Source: a virus (lineage: Duplodnaviria > Caudoviricetes). Taken from it: DNA of 58,258 nt. The stretch covers positions 1-58,258 of IMG/VR virus record IMGVR_UViG_3300046413_000884, one strand, 5' to 3'. A model generated the notes under the pieces. It was not told where the DNA came from, ran no database searches, and worked only from the letters and a program-made list of their open reading frames with translations. The translations under genes were made by a program, and so were the position numbers. Shown here piece by piece: positions 33,520 through 45,500 of this stretch. The first letter of the stretch is position 1; every line of letters begins with the position of its first letter.

Positions 33520-36500
33520 TCTTCTGAATCAAATGTTCTTAATGCAATTGCTCTGAGATTTTTAATTCTTGGAGATTCGGACTGCTTAGGAGAAGTCATA
33601 ACAATTTTAATCTGGAATCCATTAAACTGTGGTGTGTTTTCTGCAGTATACTTATACTCGCTGAATCCATTCTCATTTATGTTTGGATTTACAAATTTAT
33701 CTGATAGACCATTATCGTTGAATGGGATATAAGATTGACCAACCTCATTTTCGTCATTCCTAAACAATCTATAGAATACTCTGATGTTTGAATCTCCTAT
33801 TCTATGTCCATCAAATTGAACAAACATGGAATTAGAAGTAAACTCAAGATTAATTCTCTTGGTCTCATAAATTGCAGAGTGTGGATCAAATCCAGGGATA
33901 TTAATTCTACTGTCAGTTGTATAATCAATATTTGGATTGTTAATGAGATTACTGACTGCAACAATATTAGTTGTATCGAGATCAATCATAGGAGATACAT
34001 TCTCGTCAGTAGTTGTCAACAACATTTCAAGTTCAAATGATTTTTCACCACCAAGGAGTTCAGATTCATTTAACTGAGATGCAACCATTCTTGGACTATC
34101 AAGACGATTTAACTTATTCAGAGTGACAGTCTCATATCCAATATTTGAGAATGATGCTTCAGATCCATCTATACTTGATCCTGAAGTTGTCTTAATTCTT
34201 GCAGAAACAGTTGTTCCTGAAGGACTGACAAGGTTTAAATTTGGTTTGATATATTCAAATGGAATGTTCTGAGTTAACTGAACATTACCTCCACCAACTG
34301 CTTTAGATGTAGTGAATGTCTTAGTATCATCAGTGAGACTTACATGATAACTATTAAACGTTCTCTCTCTTGGATCAATATCATGAACTTTATTAACCTT
34401 AAGTAGAGATACACCATTGACCTCATATTTGAACACGTTTGTGTTTTGTGTATGAGTTGATAAGAGACTACCTGTGACTGAATTGTTAAAGTTTCTACTT
34501 TCAATAGTAATAACATTACCAGAAATTGTTTCGTAAGCAATAATTTCTTTATCAATCAATAGATAACCAGTGTTTGCAGCACCAACTGCTGCTCCTTCAA
34601 AGGTAGTAAATGCACTTCCATCTGCAACATTAATAACTGAATCGCCATCATTGATTGTCGCAGTCAAAGTTGTTGGAGATACATCACTTTCAACATTGTA
34701 CACTCTCAATTTGTTTTGTGGTGAATGCATACCATGGTTGAAATGGTCAAACTTCATTGTCTTACCATCTCTAATCGGGTCATTATTGACGTATGCGATA
34801 GCAGACATTGCCGTAGAACTACCAGCGTCATTAAAGAGGTTGTAGGCACTTCCAGAGACAAAATTGTTCTTGACATTATCAACAACTAACAAGTTAGTTC
34901 TAGTTGAAACTCCAACAGTTGCTCTTACACCACTTCCGGTATCACCAAGTTGATTCATCAGTAGAAGATCTCCAACCTGATATCCAGCACCACCATTGGT
35001 GACCTGAATTTGAGTAACTGCTCCACCAGAAACAGTAACACTTGCTGTGCAAGAATTTCCAAAACCAGTGAGTGATGTGAATCCAATACCAGTGTATGTT
35101 CCATTGGTCAGACCAACACCAGCAGTTGGTTGTACCAGTGCTGCGATACTCTCATTGCTTGGAGAAGTTTTAACTGATAATGGACCGCCGAATGCAAAGA
35201 TCTTACCGTTATTGGTTCCTTGTTGAATTTCATTACCAGCTCCAAATGCAGTATCTGTATCTGGAATACCAATGAACTGTCTCTTAGAGAATGCAGTAAC
35301 TGGATTATTCTTTCTAATACCAACTCTAGGGAGTTCACTATTATAGAATGATACTGAAACTGGAGTATTGGTTACAAACTTTGCCTTATTAAGTTTGAAC
35401 TTAAGGTCTTCCAACTGACTTGGAGTCCAGGTTGACTGGTTCTGTGACTTGAACAGCGATCCAAGGTATGGTTGCTTATTATAAACTGCCTTGAGTAATA
35501 GGTCTTCTTCACCCATTCTAGTGATGAATGCCAGATACTTCTCTGTAGGTGAAACGAGCACCAGAGCATATTCATATCCAGTTTGTAGATAAACAGGGGT
35601 ATCAAACTTAAATTCTGTTGCTGCACTACCATCATCAGATATATTAACATCGTTTGATTGAATGTTAACTTGACCGAATGGTACAACCACTGTTGTTGGA
35701 GTGCCATCTCTCATGGTTCTGATCTGAACCGTAACTGGAATTGAAGGATCCTTAGTCTTGAAGTATACCTCACCACCGGTTACATATACACCATCTGAAT
35801 TTGTTCCATTAGCATTTTCTGCAGTAATTAAGAAGGATTGTGCTAATGGGTCAAAGTATTCACCAACAACTGTAGATGAACTTGATGAACTAGAATTTTC
35901 CGTTCTAGTTGTAGATCTTTCTGATTGTGTAAGTCTGAATGCATCCAGAGTCTCAACAAATCTTCTATCAACTTCTGGTGTCTTAATAGCAAGGACTTGC
36001 TCTTCGTAACTAGTAGCATATCCAGAAGACAGATAATCAGTTTCAGCAGAACTACCGCCTGGGTCTAATACAGGTGAATTAATAGCAGATGAAGTCAATC
36101 TAATTGTACTCGATCCAGTAGTAAACTTAGGATTAGCAGCAATAACTGGATCTGGAATGTGAAGTGAGAATTGTATCTCACCTTTACTATCAGTCATCAA
36201 CTGTATCTCACCTACCTGCGCCTCTGCAGTCCCATCATTATTAACGAGGACCATCCCCTTTTTAACGTATCCAAGGTGTCCTGGTTTTGTTTGGTTTGAA
36301 AGATCTGCAAGGTCAATATTAATAAATTCGGAAGTTCCAGAATAAGAAGAACTAAGTCCATCAACTACAGTTGTTGGAGCATTAAATGGACCAATCTCAT
36401 GATTATGTTGTGCTGCACGGAATTGAATATTTGGTACTCCTACCTGCGTTAAAACAATGCTATCAATAATATCACCAGTTTTAAATGAACCTTTGGTCAT

Positions 36501-39500
36501 GGTAACTGGCAATTGCTTGGGAAATGCAAATTCATTCATGTCAACACTTTCCATGAAGACATAATATTTTGTATTTGGTTTCAATTTCTTACCAGTTACA
36601 TGAATATTTCTGGAACGGCAGTTATGGATAGTCTCAACACCAATAACTCTATCTCCAAGACTGATCTCTTCTAATCCAGAAGAAAGTTCAAGACCAAATA
36701 CACTTTCAGTGCCAGTTTCTACGTTAGTATCAAGCCAGTCATCACGGAAAGTGGTACTTGACCAACTGTTGGTGGTAGTGGTTGTAGTTTCGCGAATACC
36801 CAGTCCGCCGTTCGAGATAGCGCCTCCTCCTTCCGCTAGGGTAGATCTTGTGCGACTAACGCTAGTAGATGATCCACTTGAACTACCAGTTACTGTACTG
36901 CCTGTTAGTACGGTATCAATCATTCTATCATCACCATTCCAAGTGAAATCGGAAGAATTCCACCAACTTGCTGCCATTCCACCATTTTCACGATCTTCAG
37001 TAGCAAGTAGTTCTGCCATTCCATTGAATACAGAATCAACCTGAACAATATCAGGAGTAGCAAGAACAATTTCTTCAATCCAGTAGTCTGTAGCAGGAGA
37101 CAAATCAATTGATCCAGAATATAGTGCAATATGATATGGATTTAGGTTTTCAGTTCTAGTTGCAAGTGGTTGATCAATAAAATCAACTTCTTCAAAGTTA
37201 AGAGTTAGACCAGGACCATTTCTGGTGATATTTACATCAGAAAAATCATTTGCCCAAGCATAATCAGCGTTTGTTGGATTTGCTTGAGTTGTTACAGTTT
37301 CAAATTGCAGAGTAACATTTCTTTCAGTAGAACGTGGACGCAATTCACCCCTCTTTATATCAATATCAAATCTTGCTTCACCCCTTAAGTTAGCACCATT
37401 GTGATTTCTAAAGTTATCTACAAAAAAACCAGACTTAAACTTATCCAGTCCAGTGTTGGGATCTTTGATTGAAAGATTCTTAGTATCGGTTTCAAGTAAA
37501 GAAAGTGTAGTGTAATCCTCAAGATTCCTAACTCTATTCTCAATACTACCAATGTCTTTCATAGTGAATCTCTTATGAGGAATGAGATCCAATTTAGTGT
37601 CAAAAGTTGCATCATACATGTATGGAGCCATTTTAAGAATGCCAATTTCAAATCCTTCACTATTTCCAACTGGTAATTTTGGAAACTCTGAAGGTTCTCC
37701 TCTCTTAATTAAAAACTCTCCATCCCTAGTCAAATATAGTCTATCGATTCTTCCAAGATAGTGAGAATAATCAACAATAAGAGTTTTATCAGTTATCGCA
37801 CTTTCACAATTTGAATTTGAGAATGATCTTGATTCAAATGCAAATGGTGAGTCAGATGAACTAAGAGAATATGTATTGGCTTTTGGTCTTAGATCAATAA
37901 AATCTGATGCCCGTCCTAATGGTGTTACTGGAATTTCTTTTGAATATTCGAGAGTATTGTAACTATTAACAGATTCTACTGTTCCTGTACTCTCATCAGT
38001 GGTAAGGTTGTCAAAGACAACTCTCAATTGTCTAGTTGGTTCAGCAGCACCTGGTATTCTATTAATTCTTGCAATATCACGGAACTCTTGTCTCTGTCCA
38101 GCGTCTAAATTATAATCATTACTTACATTTCTGTCACCAATAATAAGAGTGCTAATATTTGCAGTAATACCAGAACTTTGCAGTGAAACTGTTTCTAATA
38201 TCTGGAATGACTTATCATTCTCATATACAAAGTTGATTTGATTACCACTTACAATATCAACAACACGAGCAACTGCTCCAGTATCTGCACCAACGATTTG
38301 TTCACCAACTACTACATTATTTGAGAATGTATCGCTTTGGGAAGAAGCAATAATTGATGGGAGAGTGGGGGCATTAGTATCATTGGACTCAAATACAGCA
38401 AGAACTCTAGTAACGTCTGGTACATTTAGTGAAATGCTTTCATCCTGAACTCTTGTTCCATATGGATAAGTAGACGACCAAGATAGTCCATCATTGAATG
38501 TTGTAGAACCAATACCAGATCCAGCATTTCTAGATCTTGCTACAACTAAATTAGTGCATCTTGTGCTGGTCTTTACCTTAGATGTTAACGTGCTTCTCTT
38601 ACAAGTAAGGGAAAGTTTTGCACCATTACCGGTTTGGCTAAGTCCCTTAATTAAAATTGTTTTAAGGTCACCAGAAATTGTTACCTGAGAATCAAGAATA
38701 ATTTCTTTATGTCCATTTGCATAAGTTAAAGTATAATTAAATTGATTATACGGTTCTAAGAACAGAGTATCATCGCCAAAGTCAGTTATAGCAAAACTAA
38801 GTTGTAGATTTGCGCCAATATTAACTGTTGTCTGCTTTCTTACGATGTAACTACTATCGAGAAGATTGATAGAAGAAATAGTTTTATCGGGAAGGGAAAT
38901 CGTTTTTCCTGGACGATTTCCTTTTTCTAAGATACCAGAAACGACATTTAAGTTTTGAATATTAGTAAGACTATTTGCAGCACCAACATTAGCAATCTTT
39001 ACTGTGCCACCAGTACATACACCCACTACTGTGCTTACACCAACCAAGTTGATTGAACCAGCAGAAACTGCACTTACTCTATTGAACGTAGGCAGAACTT
39101 GACCTGGTATGGTGAATTGAACAACGTCATTAACCCTTACAGGAACATTTCTGAAGTCTCCAACAGATGGTGATGTTACTGTGGTCAGACCAGTAGGATC
39201 ACCCGTATCAGCTCCACTAATCTTGAATGATGAACCAGGTTCGATAAGATTGGTGGTCTGTTGCATTGCAACGTTGCAAGCAAAAGTATATGAAGTGGTG
39301 CCAATCGACTTGACATCACGGATATCATTATCTTTGACTGCTGTAATATTTCTACCTACAACAAGTCCATTGATCTCAATTGGTTCGTTAATTTGGAACT
39401 GACCCGCTACATCTAATAGGTTAAGCGTTGTTGCATTTGCAACTGCATCCTTAAGATGACCAGTTGCTCCACTATATACGCCTCTAACTAATGCAGAATT

Positions 39501-40946
39501 TAGAGCAGTGACGCCAAGTCCTATTGTCAGAGTAGTAAATGTTTGAATATCATAAAGTTTTAAATCAAATCTTTCTGTGCCAATTCCCGCTATATTTTTC
39601 TTACTAAAATCATAAATTCTGGCATTACCAATAACTTCCGATGAAGGATCTAGTTGTCCATTATCACCAAGTCTACGATTTCTTAACTCTACAGTAGATG
39701 TAGTGTTAAATCCAATTATTGGTGAACCAAAAAGATTTTCTACTTGAATATTGTTTCCAATTTTAACTGGAACACTGACATTTTCTTTTTTCTTTGTAGT
39801 TCTTGGTTTTTCATTATCAAGTGAAGTTGATCCAATCTTTTCAATTTCATATCCTTTTACATATGCCTTACCTGAGGATATCTGAAGGGTGAAAAGATCG
39901 TCAGATGGAGTATTACCCCTCTGTGTTAATTGACCTGGTGCATATATGCCCTTATTACCAAGTCTGTCATTTAAAGTTTCTCTAATATCGACAGCAAATC
40001 TCTTAACATAATAATCACCAGACTCGTCGTTTGTTCTTCTTGCAAGTTCATCTTTGAAGATATTATAATCAGTCTTATTAACTAACTTTTGTAAAAGTCC
40101 ATTATCTAAACGTAACAATTCTACAAAGTTAGCATCATTATTATCTGTCAGTGATTTCTTAACGAGAGTTGCAGACATTTTAAGTCTATCTGCACCAGGA
40201 GCAGATTCATTTGAAAATCCCTTAGCGTTGTCAAACAAATCAGGGTTTGCAGAAGAAGCAGTTACAATATCTTCTGAAATCTGAAGACCAACTTTATAAC
40301 TAGGTGAATTTGTATATTGATCCAGGATTACAGTACCTGCAGGCACTTTTACAAAATATCCTCTAACAAAAAATACTCCCTCACTAATTGAGGAAGCAGA
40401 ACCAGTTGATGTTGCTTCAGATACAACAGTTCTTGCAAATGCATTATTTGCAGGAATAGTAGTAGAAGAATACTTAATATCTTCTAATGTAATTAAAGTT
40501 TCACCATTCGCAAATTTTGGTGTTATACCATCAATTCCAGAAGAAGTGTATTTGACGTAGATAGTGTCTACAGAATCAATAGATTCCGCACTAGTGATAC
40601 AATTGACCACGGTTGCCTTAACGCCAGATGTTTCACCCTGTATCTCAATCTTATTATCTTTAAGATATGAAGTATATACAGAAACAGGAACATCTAAGAA
40701 AGTAGGATCAATCTTAACTGCAAAATAATTTGAATCATAGATTATTCCACCAGGAACAATCATTGCTCCTTCTTTGAAGAAGTGTTGTCCAAACTTTTCA
40801 ATCTGCCCCTGAAGGATAGATTGTAAAGTAGTTAGTTCTCTGGATTGAACTGGAAATCCAGGTTTGAACAGCACCTTATTATAATTATTAACTTCATCAA
40901 AATCGTCAAAATAAGGGGAAACATTTAAATTGGTGTTCTGGGTCAT
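33516..40946 (-). CDS. vrlC: Large VrlC-like (DUF4815) structural protein
   Basis: NLNVSPYFDDF, LFKPG.PVQSRELTTLQS, APGADRLK, KSGFFVDNF, DPLAQSF; follows gp8. Confidence 0.88.
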   Translation of the reverse strand: MTQNTNLNVSPYFDDFDEVNNYNKVLFKPGFPVQSRELTTLQSILQGQIEKFGQHFFKEGAMIVPGGIIYDSNYFAVKIDPTFLDVPVSVYTSYLKDNKIEIQGETSGVKATVVNCITSAESIDSVDTIYVKYTSSGIDGITPKFANGETLITLEDIKYSSTTIPANNAFARTVVSEATSTGSASSISEGVFFVRGYFVKVPAGTVILDQYTNSPSYKVGLQISEDIVTASSANPDLFDNAKGFSNESAPGADRLKMSATLVKKSLTDNNDANFVELLRLDNGLLQKLVNKTDYNIFKDELARRTNDESGDYYVKRFAVDIRETLNDRLGNKGIYAPGQLTQRGNTPSDDLFTLQISSGKAYVKGYEIEKIGSTSLDNEKPRTTKKKENVSVPVKIGNNIQVENLFGSPIIGFNTTSTVELRNRRLGDNGQLDPSSEVIGNARIYDFSKKNIAGIGTERFDLKLYDIQTFTTLTIGLGVTALNSALVRGVYSGATGHLKDAVANATTLNLLDVAGQFQINEPIEINGLVVGRNITAVKDNDIRDVKSIGTTSYTFACNVAMQQTTNLIEPGSSFKISGADTGDPTGLTTVTSPSVGDFRNVPVRVNDVVQFTIPGQVLPTFNRVSAVSAGSINLVGVSTVVGVCTGGTVKIANVGAANSLTNIQNLNVVSGILEKGNRPGKTISLPDKTISSINLLDSSYIVRKQTTVNIGANLQLSFAITDFGDDTLFLEPYNQFNYTLTYANGHKEIILDSQVTISGDLKTILIKGLSQTGNGAKLSLTCKRSTLTSKVKTSTRCTNLVVARSRNAGSGIGSTTFNDGLSWSSTYPYGTRVQDESISLNVPDVTRVLAVFESNDTNAPTLPSIIASSQSDTFSNNVVVGEQIVGADTGAVARVVDIVSGNQINFVYENDKSFQILETVSLQSSGITANISTLIIGDRNVSNDYNLDAGQRQEFRDIARINRIPGAAEPTRQLRVVFDNLTTDESTGTVESVNSYNTLEYSKEIPVTPLGRASDFIDLRPKANTYSLSSSDSPFAFESRSFSNSNCESAITDKTLIVDYSHYLGRIDRLYLTRDGEFLIKRGEPSEFPKLPVGNSEGFEIGILKMAPYMYDATFDTKLDLIPHKRFTMKDIGSIENRVRNLEDYTTLSLLETDTKNLSIKDPNTGLDKFKSGFFVDNFRNHNGANLRGEARFDIDIKRGELRPRSTERNVTLQFETVTTQANPTNADYAWANDFSDVNITRNGPGLTLNFEEVDFIDQPLATRTENLNPYHIALYSGSIDLSPATDYWIEEIVLATPDIVQVDSVFNGMAELLATEDRENGGMAASWWNSSDFTWNGDDRMIDTVLTGSTVTGSSSGSSTSVSRTRSTLAEGGGAISNGGLGIRETTTTTTNSWSSTTFRDDWLDTNVETGTESVFGLELSSGLEEISLGDRVIGVETIHNCRSRNIHVTGKKLKPNTKYYVFMESVDMNEFAFPKQLPVTMTKGSFKTGDIIDSIVLTQVGVPNIQFRAAQHNHEIGPFNAPTTVVDGLSSSYSGTSEFINIDLADLSNQTKPGHLGYVKKGMVLVNNDGTAEAQVGEIQLMTDSKGEIQFSLHIPDPVIAANPKFTTGSSTIRLTSSAINSPVLDPGGSSAETDYLSSGYATSYEEQVLAIKTPEVDRRFVETLDAFRLTQSERSTTRTENSSSSSSSTVVGEYFDPLAQSFLITAENANGTNSDGVYVTGGEVYFKTKDPSIPVTVQIRTMRDGTPTTVVVPFGQVNIQSNDVNISDDGSAATEFKFDTPVYLQTGYEYALVLVSPTEKYLAFITRMGEEDLLLKAVYNKQPYLGSLFKSQNQSTWTPSQLEDLKFKLNKAKFVTNTPVSVSFYNSELPRVGIRKNNPVTAFSKRQFIGIPDTDTAFGAGNEIQQGTNNGKIFAFGGPLSVKTSPSNESIAALVQPTAGVGLTNGTYTGIGFTSLTGFGNSCTASVTVSGGAVTQIQVTNGGAGYQVGDLLLMNQLGDTGSGVRATVGVSTRTNLLVVDNVKNNFVSGSAYNLFNDAGSSTAMSAIAYVNNDPIRDGKTMKFDHFNHGMHSPQNKLRVYNVESDVSPTTLTATINDGDSVINVADGSAFTTFEGAAVGAANTGYLLIDKEIIAYETISGNVITIESRNFNNSVTGSLLSTHTQNTNVFKYEVNGVSLLKVNKVHDIDPRERTFNSYHVSLTDDTKTFTTSKAVGGGNVQLTQNIPFEYIKPNLNLVSPSGTTVSARIKTTSGSSIDGSEASFSNIGYETVTLNKLNRLDSPRMVASQLNESELLGGEKSFELEMLLTTTDENVSPMIDLDTTNIVAVSNLINNPNIDYTTDSRINIPGFDPHSAIYETKRINLEFTSNSMFVQFDGHRIGDSNIRVFYRLFRNDENEVGQSYIPFNDNGLSDKFVNPNINENGFSEYKYTAENTPQFNGFQIKIVMTSPKQSESPRIKNLRAIALRTFDSEE

Positions 40947-40950
40947 GTTC

Positions 40951-42486
40951 TTAGAACTCTACTACTACTTTTACTTCTTCTTTTTGTGATTCAGATCTAC
41001 TGATTGGTGCTCTATTATCAATGTAAATGATATCACCTGAATACTTTTCAACTTCTGGATTTGCCTTTCCAAGTATGAAAGTTTGTCCTAAATTAACAAC
41101 TTTTCCACTTTGTGATATACTAGAAACATTCGTAAAACTAGTATCGGGAAATAAAGCATCTCCCGTTATACCGACACAAGTAATTGCATTAGTATTGCCT
41201 TCAAAATCAAAGTTTCTAAAGTTATTATTTGATATAGTAGATAAACCAACAGGTTGGTAGTATCTCAAAACACCAGTATTACGATCCCAAGATGCGACAT
41301 AACCAACAGCAACTGAAGTGCCAGAACCAACTGTTTGACGAATTTCGGCATTTATTGGATATATGGTGCTGGATGTTTGAACACCAGCACTTGCGGGTTT
41401 CAGTTTCAATGCACCAAGTGAGGTTGCGGTATTAGTATTTAGAATAGAAGTTGTACTTCCATATTCAGTTGGATTTCTTACGATACCGATTCTTGAGAAT
41501 GTATTCTGCGAGATAAAATCAGAAGAGGAATCATACTTAGAATAAACCATTACTCTATATGAACCCAGTTCACGATATATATCTGCACCATGACCACCCT
41601 TTGGTGGTATTATAACTTCAAATACTGCTCCAGATCCAGCAGCAGCAGTGAAATTGATTACCCCCCTAGTGTAGTCTTTCCCTGGAGATGTAACCTCAAC
41701 GCTAGTGACTTGTTGACCAGTTACAACAATAGTAACCTTTCCACCGGCACCATCACCGAGAATGTCTATATTATTATAAGTTCCTGCTGTATATCCTGAT
41801 CCTCTATCATTGATGAGTACTGTTTCAATTCTTCCACGAACAGCAGCATCCTTTACTGCTGCAGTATTAGAATCTCCCCAGTTTGGGGGGAGGGGTATAT
41901 ACTTCTCTGTTGTAAATTTAACAATATCTGCAGGAGAGATTGTGTAAAGATACTTCCAGAGGTATCCATCACTTCCATTTCCAGCTTTTTGAGGAACAGT
42001 GGAAACAAAAGTTGGTTCATTTTGTGATGGTTGTCCTTTTTCAAAACCACCTGGACCTGCACCATTATTGATACAAATATAAACTTTAAATTCAGAGTTT
42101 ACGACATAAAAACGAGATTCATATAATGTCTTCGCACTAGTTTGTGGTGCAGGATTGGTAATATCATAGTCATCTCTATACATGTCATAGGTTATACCAG
42201 AAGACCAATTAATTCTGGGTACAATTCTTGCAAAGTCATTAATACCAATCTTATTCAAGAAAAGTAAAGAGTCATGATATCTATTTTCCTGCTGAAAAGA
42301 GTCTCTTGGATCTGGAGTATTTGTTTCCCAGTTAGTATCCCCATATTCTTCAATGCTAACATTGGTGGGATTTGGGTGCGCCAAGAAGGTATAATAAAAA
42401 TTTGAAGTCGTGCCAATGCCAGTCACAGACTTAGCAAATGTCTCCGCATTCAAAATTCTAAATTGGTCAGTAATTATGGCAGGCAT
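40951..42486 (-). CDS. gp8: Baseplate wedge subunit
   Basis: MPAIITDQFRILNA, FKVYICINN, DGYLWKYLYTI, SGDIIYIDNR..I.R...QKEE.K.V.EF. Confidence 0.93.
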   Translation of the reverse strand: MPAIITDQFRILNAETFAKSVTGIGTTSNFYYTFLAHPNPTNVSIEEYGDTNWETNTPDPRDSFQQENRYHDSLLFLNKIGINDFARIVPRINWSSGITYDMYRDDYDITNPAPQTSAKTLYESRFYVVNSEFKVYICINNGAGPGGFEKGQPSQNEPTFVSTVPQKAGNGSDGYLWKYLYTISPADIVKFTTEKYIPLPPNWGDSNTAAVKDAAVRGRIETVLINDRGSGYTAGTYNNIDILGDGAGGKVTIVVTGQQVTSVEVTSPGKDYTRGVINFTAAAGSGAVFEVIIPPKGGHGADIYRELGSYRVMVYSKYDSSSDFISQNTFSRIGIVRNPTEYGSTTSILNTNTATSLGALKLKPASAGVQTSSTIYPINAEIRQTVGSGTSVAVGYVASWDRNTGVLRYYQPVGLSTISNNNFRNFDFEGNTNAITCVGITGDALFPDTSFTNVSSISQSGKVVNLGQTFILGKANPEVEKYSGDIIYIDNRAPISRSESQKEEVKVVVEF

Positions 42487-42505
42487 GTCTGTCCGATTTT
42501 TTGAT

Positions 42506-42513
42506 TATTTATA
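42506..42513 (-). promoter_or_regulatory. T4 late promoter TATAAATA (gp8)
   Basis: Exact consensus in the gp7-gp8 gap. Confidence 0.85.
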
Positions 42514-42519
42514 CTGTGT

Positions 42520-45500
42520 TTAGTACTGTGCTTTTAATTCAGTAGTTCTTGATATGTGTGCTGAAGTACTAAGACCAGAAAGTGGATCATTTTTTTGGAA
42601 TACAAATTCAGATCCATTCCTACTTCCTATATTTATCTTACCCCAACTAAACGATCCATAGGTAAAATCTGTTTGATCGTGAGTATTAGTGTTAATTCCC
42701 GTCAAAGACATAACATTTGTAGATACGCGAATTGTATCGGTTCCACCAATAGCGACAACTTGAGCAGCACGATAAACATTATCAATAAAAGATGTTCCAG
42801 TGGAAACAGTGGTGGACACATCACCATCAATTGATGTAACACCAGAACCAATAACACTATTCCTGACTACAAAGTAATCTCCTGTAGAAATACCAGTCTT
42901 ACGAATCGTACCTGGATTTCCTGATTGGGAATAAATTTGTGGGTGTGGGAAGAAGTCAAATACAATTGTTGGTAATGAGTTAACTCCTGATGCAGCAGTG
43001 GTAACATCAAGAATATGTCCATAGTCACCATCATAACCAACTGATTTTATAGTTTCAACAAGTGGAATAGTCAATCCAACTCCTACTGCACTTGTGACTG
43101 TTATATCATTAAGTGTTTGTCCAAGATTATCAATTTGTTCAAATGACCAAACATCTTCAGCATATATTGTAGTATCTGTAGGTCCAACAGGTGCAATAAT
43201 TTTTGTTGATGGATAATATAGTGGTTCGAGAGAATTTCTTACTTTAGGAATTCTAAGACCATCAATAATAAGATCAGAAGTTTGCTTTGTCCATTCTACT
43301 GGTCTCAGGAATGAACTATCAGTACTAATACCAACACCTGTATAAGTTTCAGTCTCAACAGTATCAGCAGCAATTAGTGCATATATGGTTCTTCGATCTT
43401 GACTGATAGTATTATCTTGAACTTGAAGTCTCAATTCATCACCTTCTTTGACTGTTGGATCGATATCGATCGCGCTGTAGTCTTGATCAGAACCAGTGTA
43501 GAAGTACATTCTAAACGTACTTCCTGCTTTTGGTGCTTCCTTAAACTTGAATCTAGTGCCACCATTAAATTCATAATCGATTCCTGGTTTTTGGAGAACA
43601 TCATTTAGAAAAACTAAGAAGTTATTTTGGAGAATAATACCAGATCCTTCTTTTGCAACGATACTGTAGAATTCTTTGGTAGTCTCTGTTCTAGTAATAA
43701 GGAATTGAGTTTTAGCACCATTAAATTGGTTACTAAAGTCATCTACTTCAAGAAGTTGACCGAATGTCCATCCAGAGAACTTATCCTGATACCTGTTCTT
43801 AACAGTTACGGTGAAGTGAGATGTGCTAACTCCAGACTGGAATGGAAGACCCTGAAGTGTAAGAACATCGCCTTCCTTATATCCATTTCCCGTGGAAGAC
43901 ATATTGAAACTAATGATGCTACCGCCAGTTCCAACAACAACATCCATCTCAGCACCAGAACCAGTGCTGCTACCAACTAGTCTAAGATTTTTATATGGTG
44001 CAGGTTCATCTGTGAATACTTGAGGTGGATTTGCTTGAGTATATCCAGTACCACCCGATACAACACTAAATCCAGTAACTGTTCCAGCGGTTCCAATAAT
44101 TGCAGTTACTGCAGCACCAGATCCACCACCCAACGAATCAGCAATTGAAACATTTGGCGGGAATATGTGACCAGCACCACCGGAACGAATACCGGTGCTA
44201 CCAATACCAACTGTGACTCCTGTGATTACACCAGAACCATTTACAACTGCAGCACCAATAGCACGAGTTGGGAACTGATAACCACTACCAACTCCAACTA
44301 CAAACTCATTGATTATACCGCCCTGAGGAAGATCTCCAACTACTGAAGTTCCGGTGAAATTAATATCTTCTCCACTCGCAGTTTTCTCAATCTGATAATT
44401 AGCGACTAAGACAGAACCAATTGGTGACAGGAATGGTTTTTGGAAGATATTGTTGATTAAAACTGCACCATGACTGGTAGTGATACCAGTTACCGCAACA
44501 CCACTGCTGGTTATTGCAAATTGATCAGTGGTACTATTGAATGAATCTGAGATATCATCAAAAATTGTATTTTCATTGTATGTTAATTTATAGAAAATTC
44601 TACCCGAGAACTTCGATCGAGTTGTTAAAGAACCAATACCGGCAGGTCCATATGGTGCGTCACTTAAATAAATCTTACCTTGTTTGATTCTATAATCGCC
44701 TGAGACGACGCTACTGGCGGTGCCAACAGTATATGCTGCAGCAACAGTACCCATTACTCCACGCTGAACATTAAGGACATTACCTGCTCCTACTAAATCC
44801 ACTTTAACAATTTCTCCAGTTCCAAATCGAAGTAGAGACTTACCTGCAATCTTTGATATATCACTGACTGTAATTTGAGTTGAACCAACTCCAACAGCCT
44901 CGGACATAGTGATAGCAACTCCTACTGGTTTCACTGCAATAGGACTTTGAATGATATTGTCAATCGTGATTATACTTCTAGTAGTTGCAAGATCACCCTC
45001 TGTTGAGAAGGATTGAGTAAGACCAATTCCAGCAGTATTGGTAAATGTTACATGATTTCCATTAGATGCTTCTGTTGCTGCAACAGCAACTTTAAATTGA
45101 TTTTTACTTATTCTGATTGCAAATACCTTTTCAGGAAGAAGAGTAGTAGCACCAATACCAGCAACATTAGTAGATACAATACTCATGCTAGATCCGGTAT
45201 TAATACCAGCATTAGTTGGGTCATATACAAGTTCTTCGCCGGTACTAAAGTTATGGTCCACAATTGAAATTGTGCTAGCACCAATACCAGTCGTAGGGTT
45301 AACCGAATGGTGAAGCATTGAATTGCTATTGTTGAATATAGAGAAAGTGCTCAGACCAACAAGTTGACCAGCAGAGTTTCCAATACCATTAAACTGAGAA
45401 CTAATATCGTCTATCATCAAAACTTTATTAGTTCTAGATTCATTATAGTCAGTAATTATCTTAGAATCAAATTTAATAATCTTTGAAATACCAAATGAAT

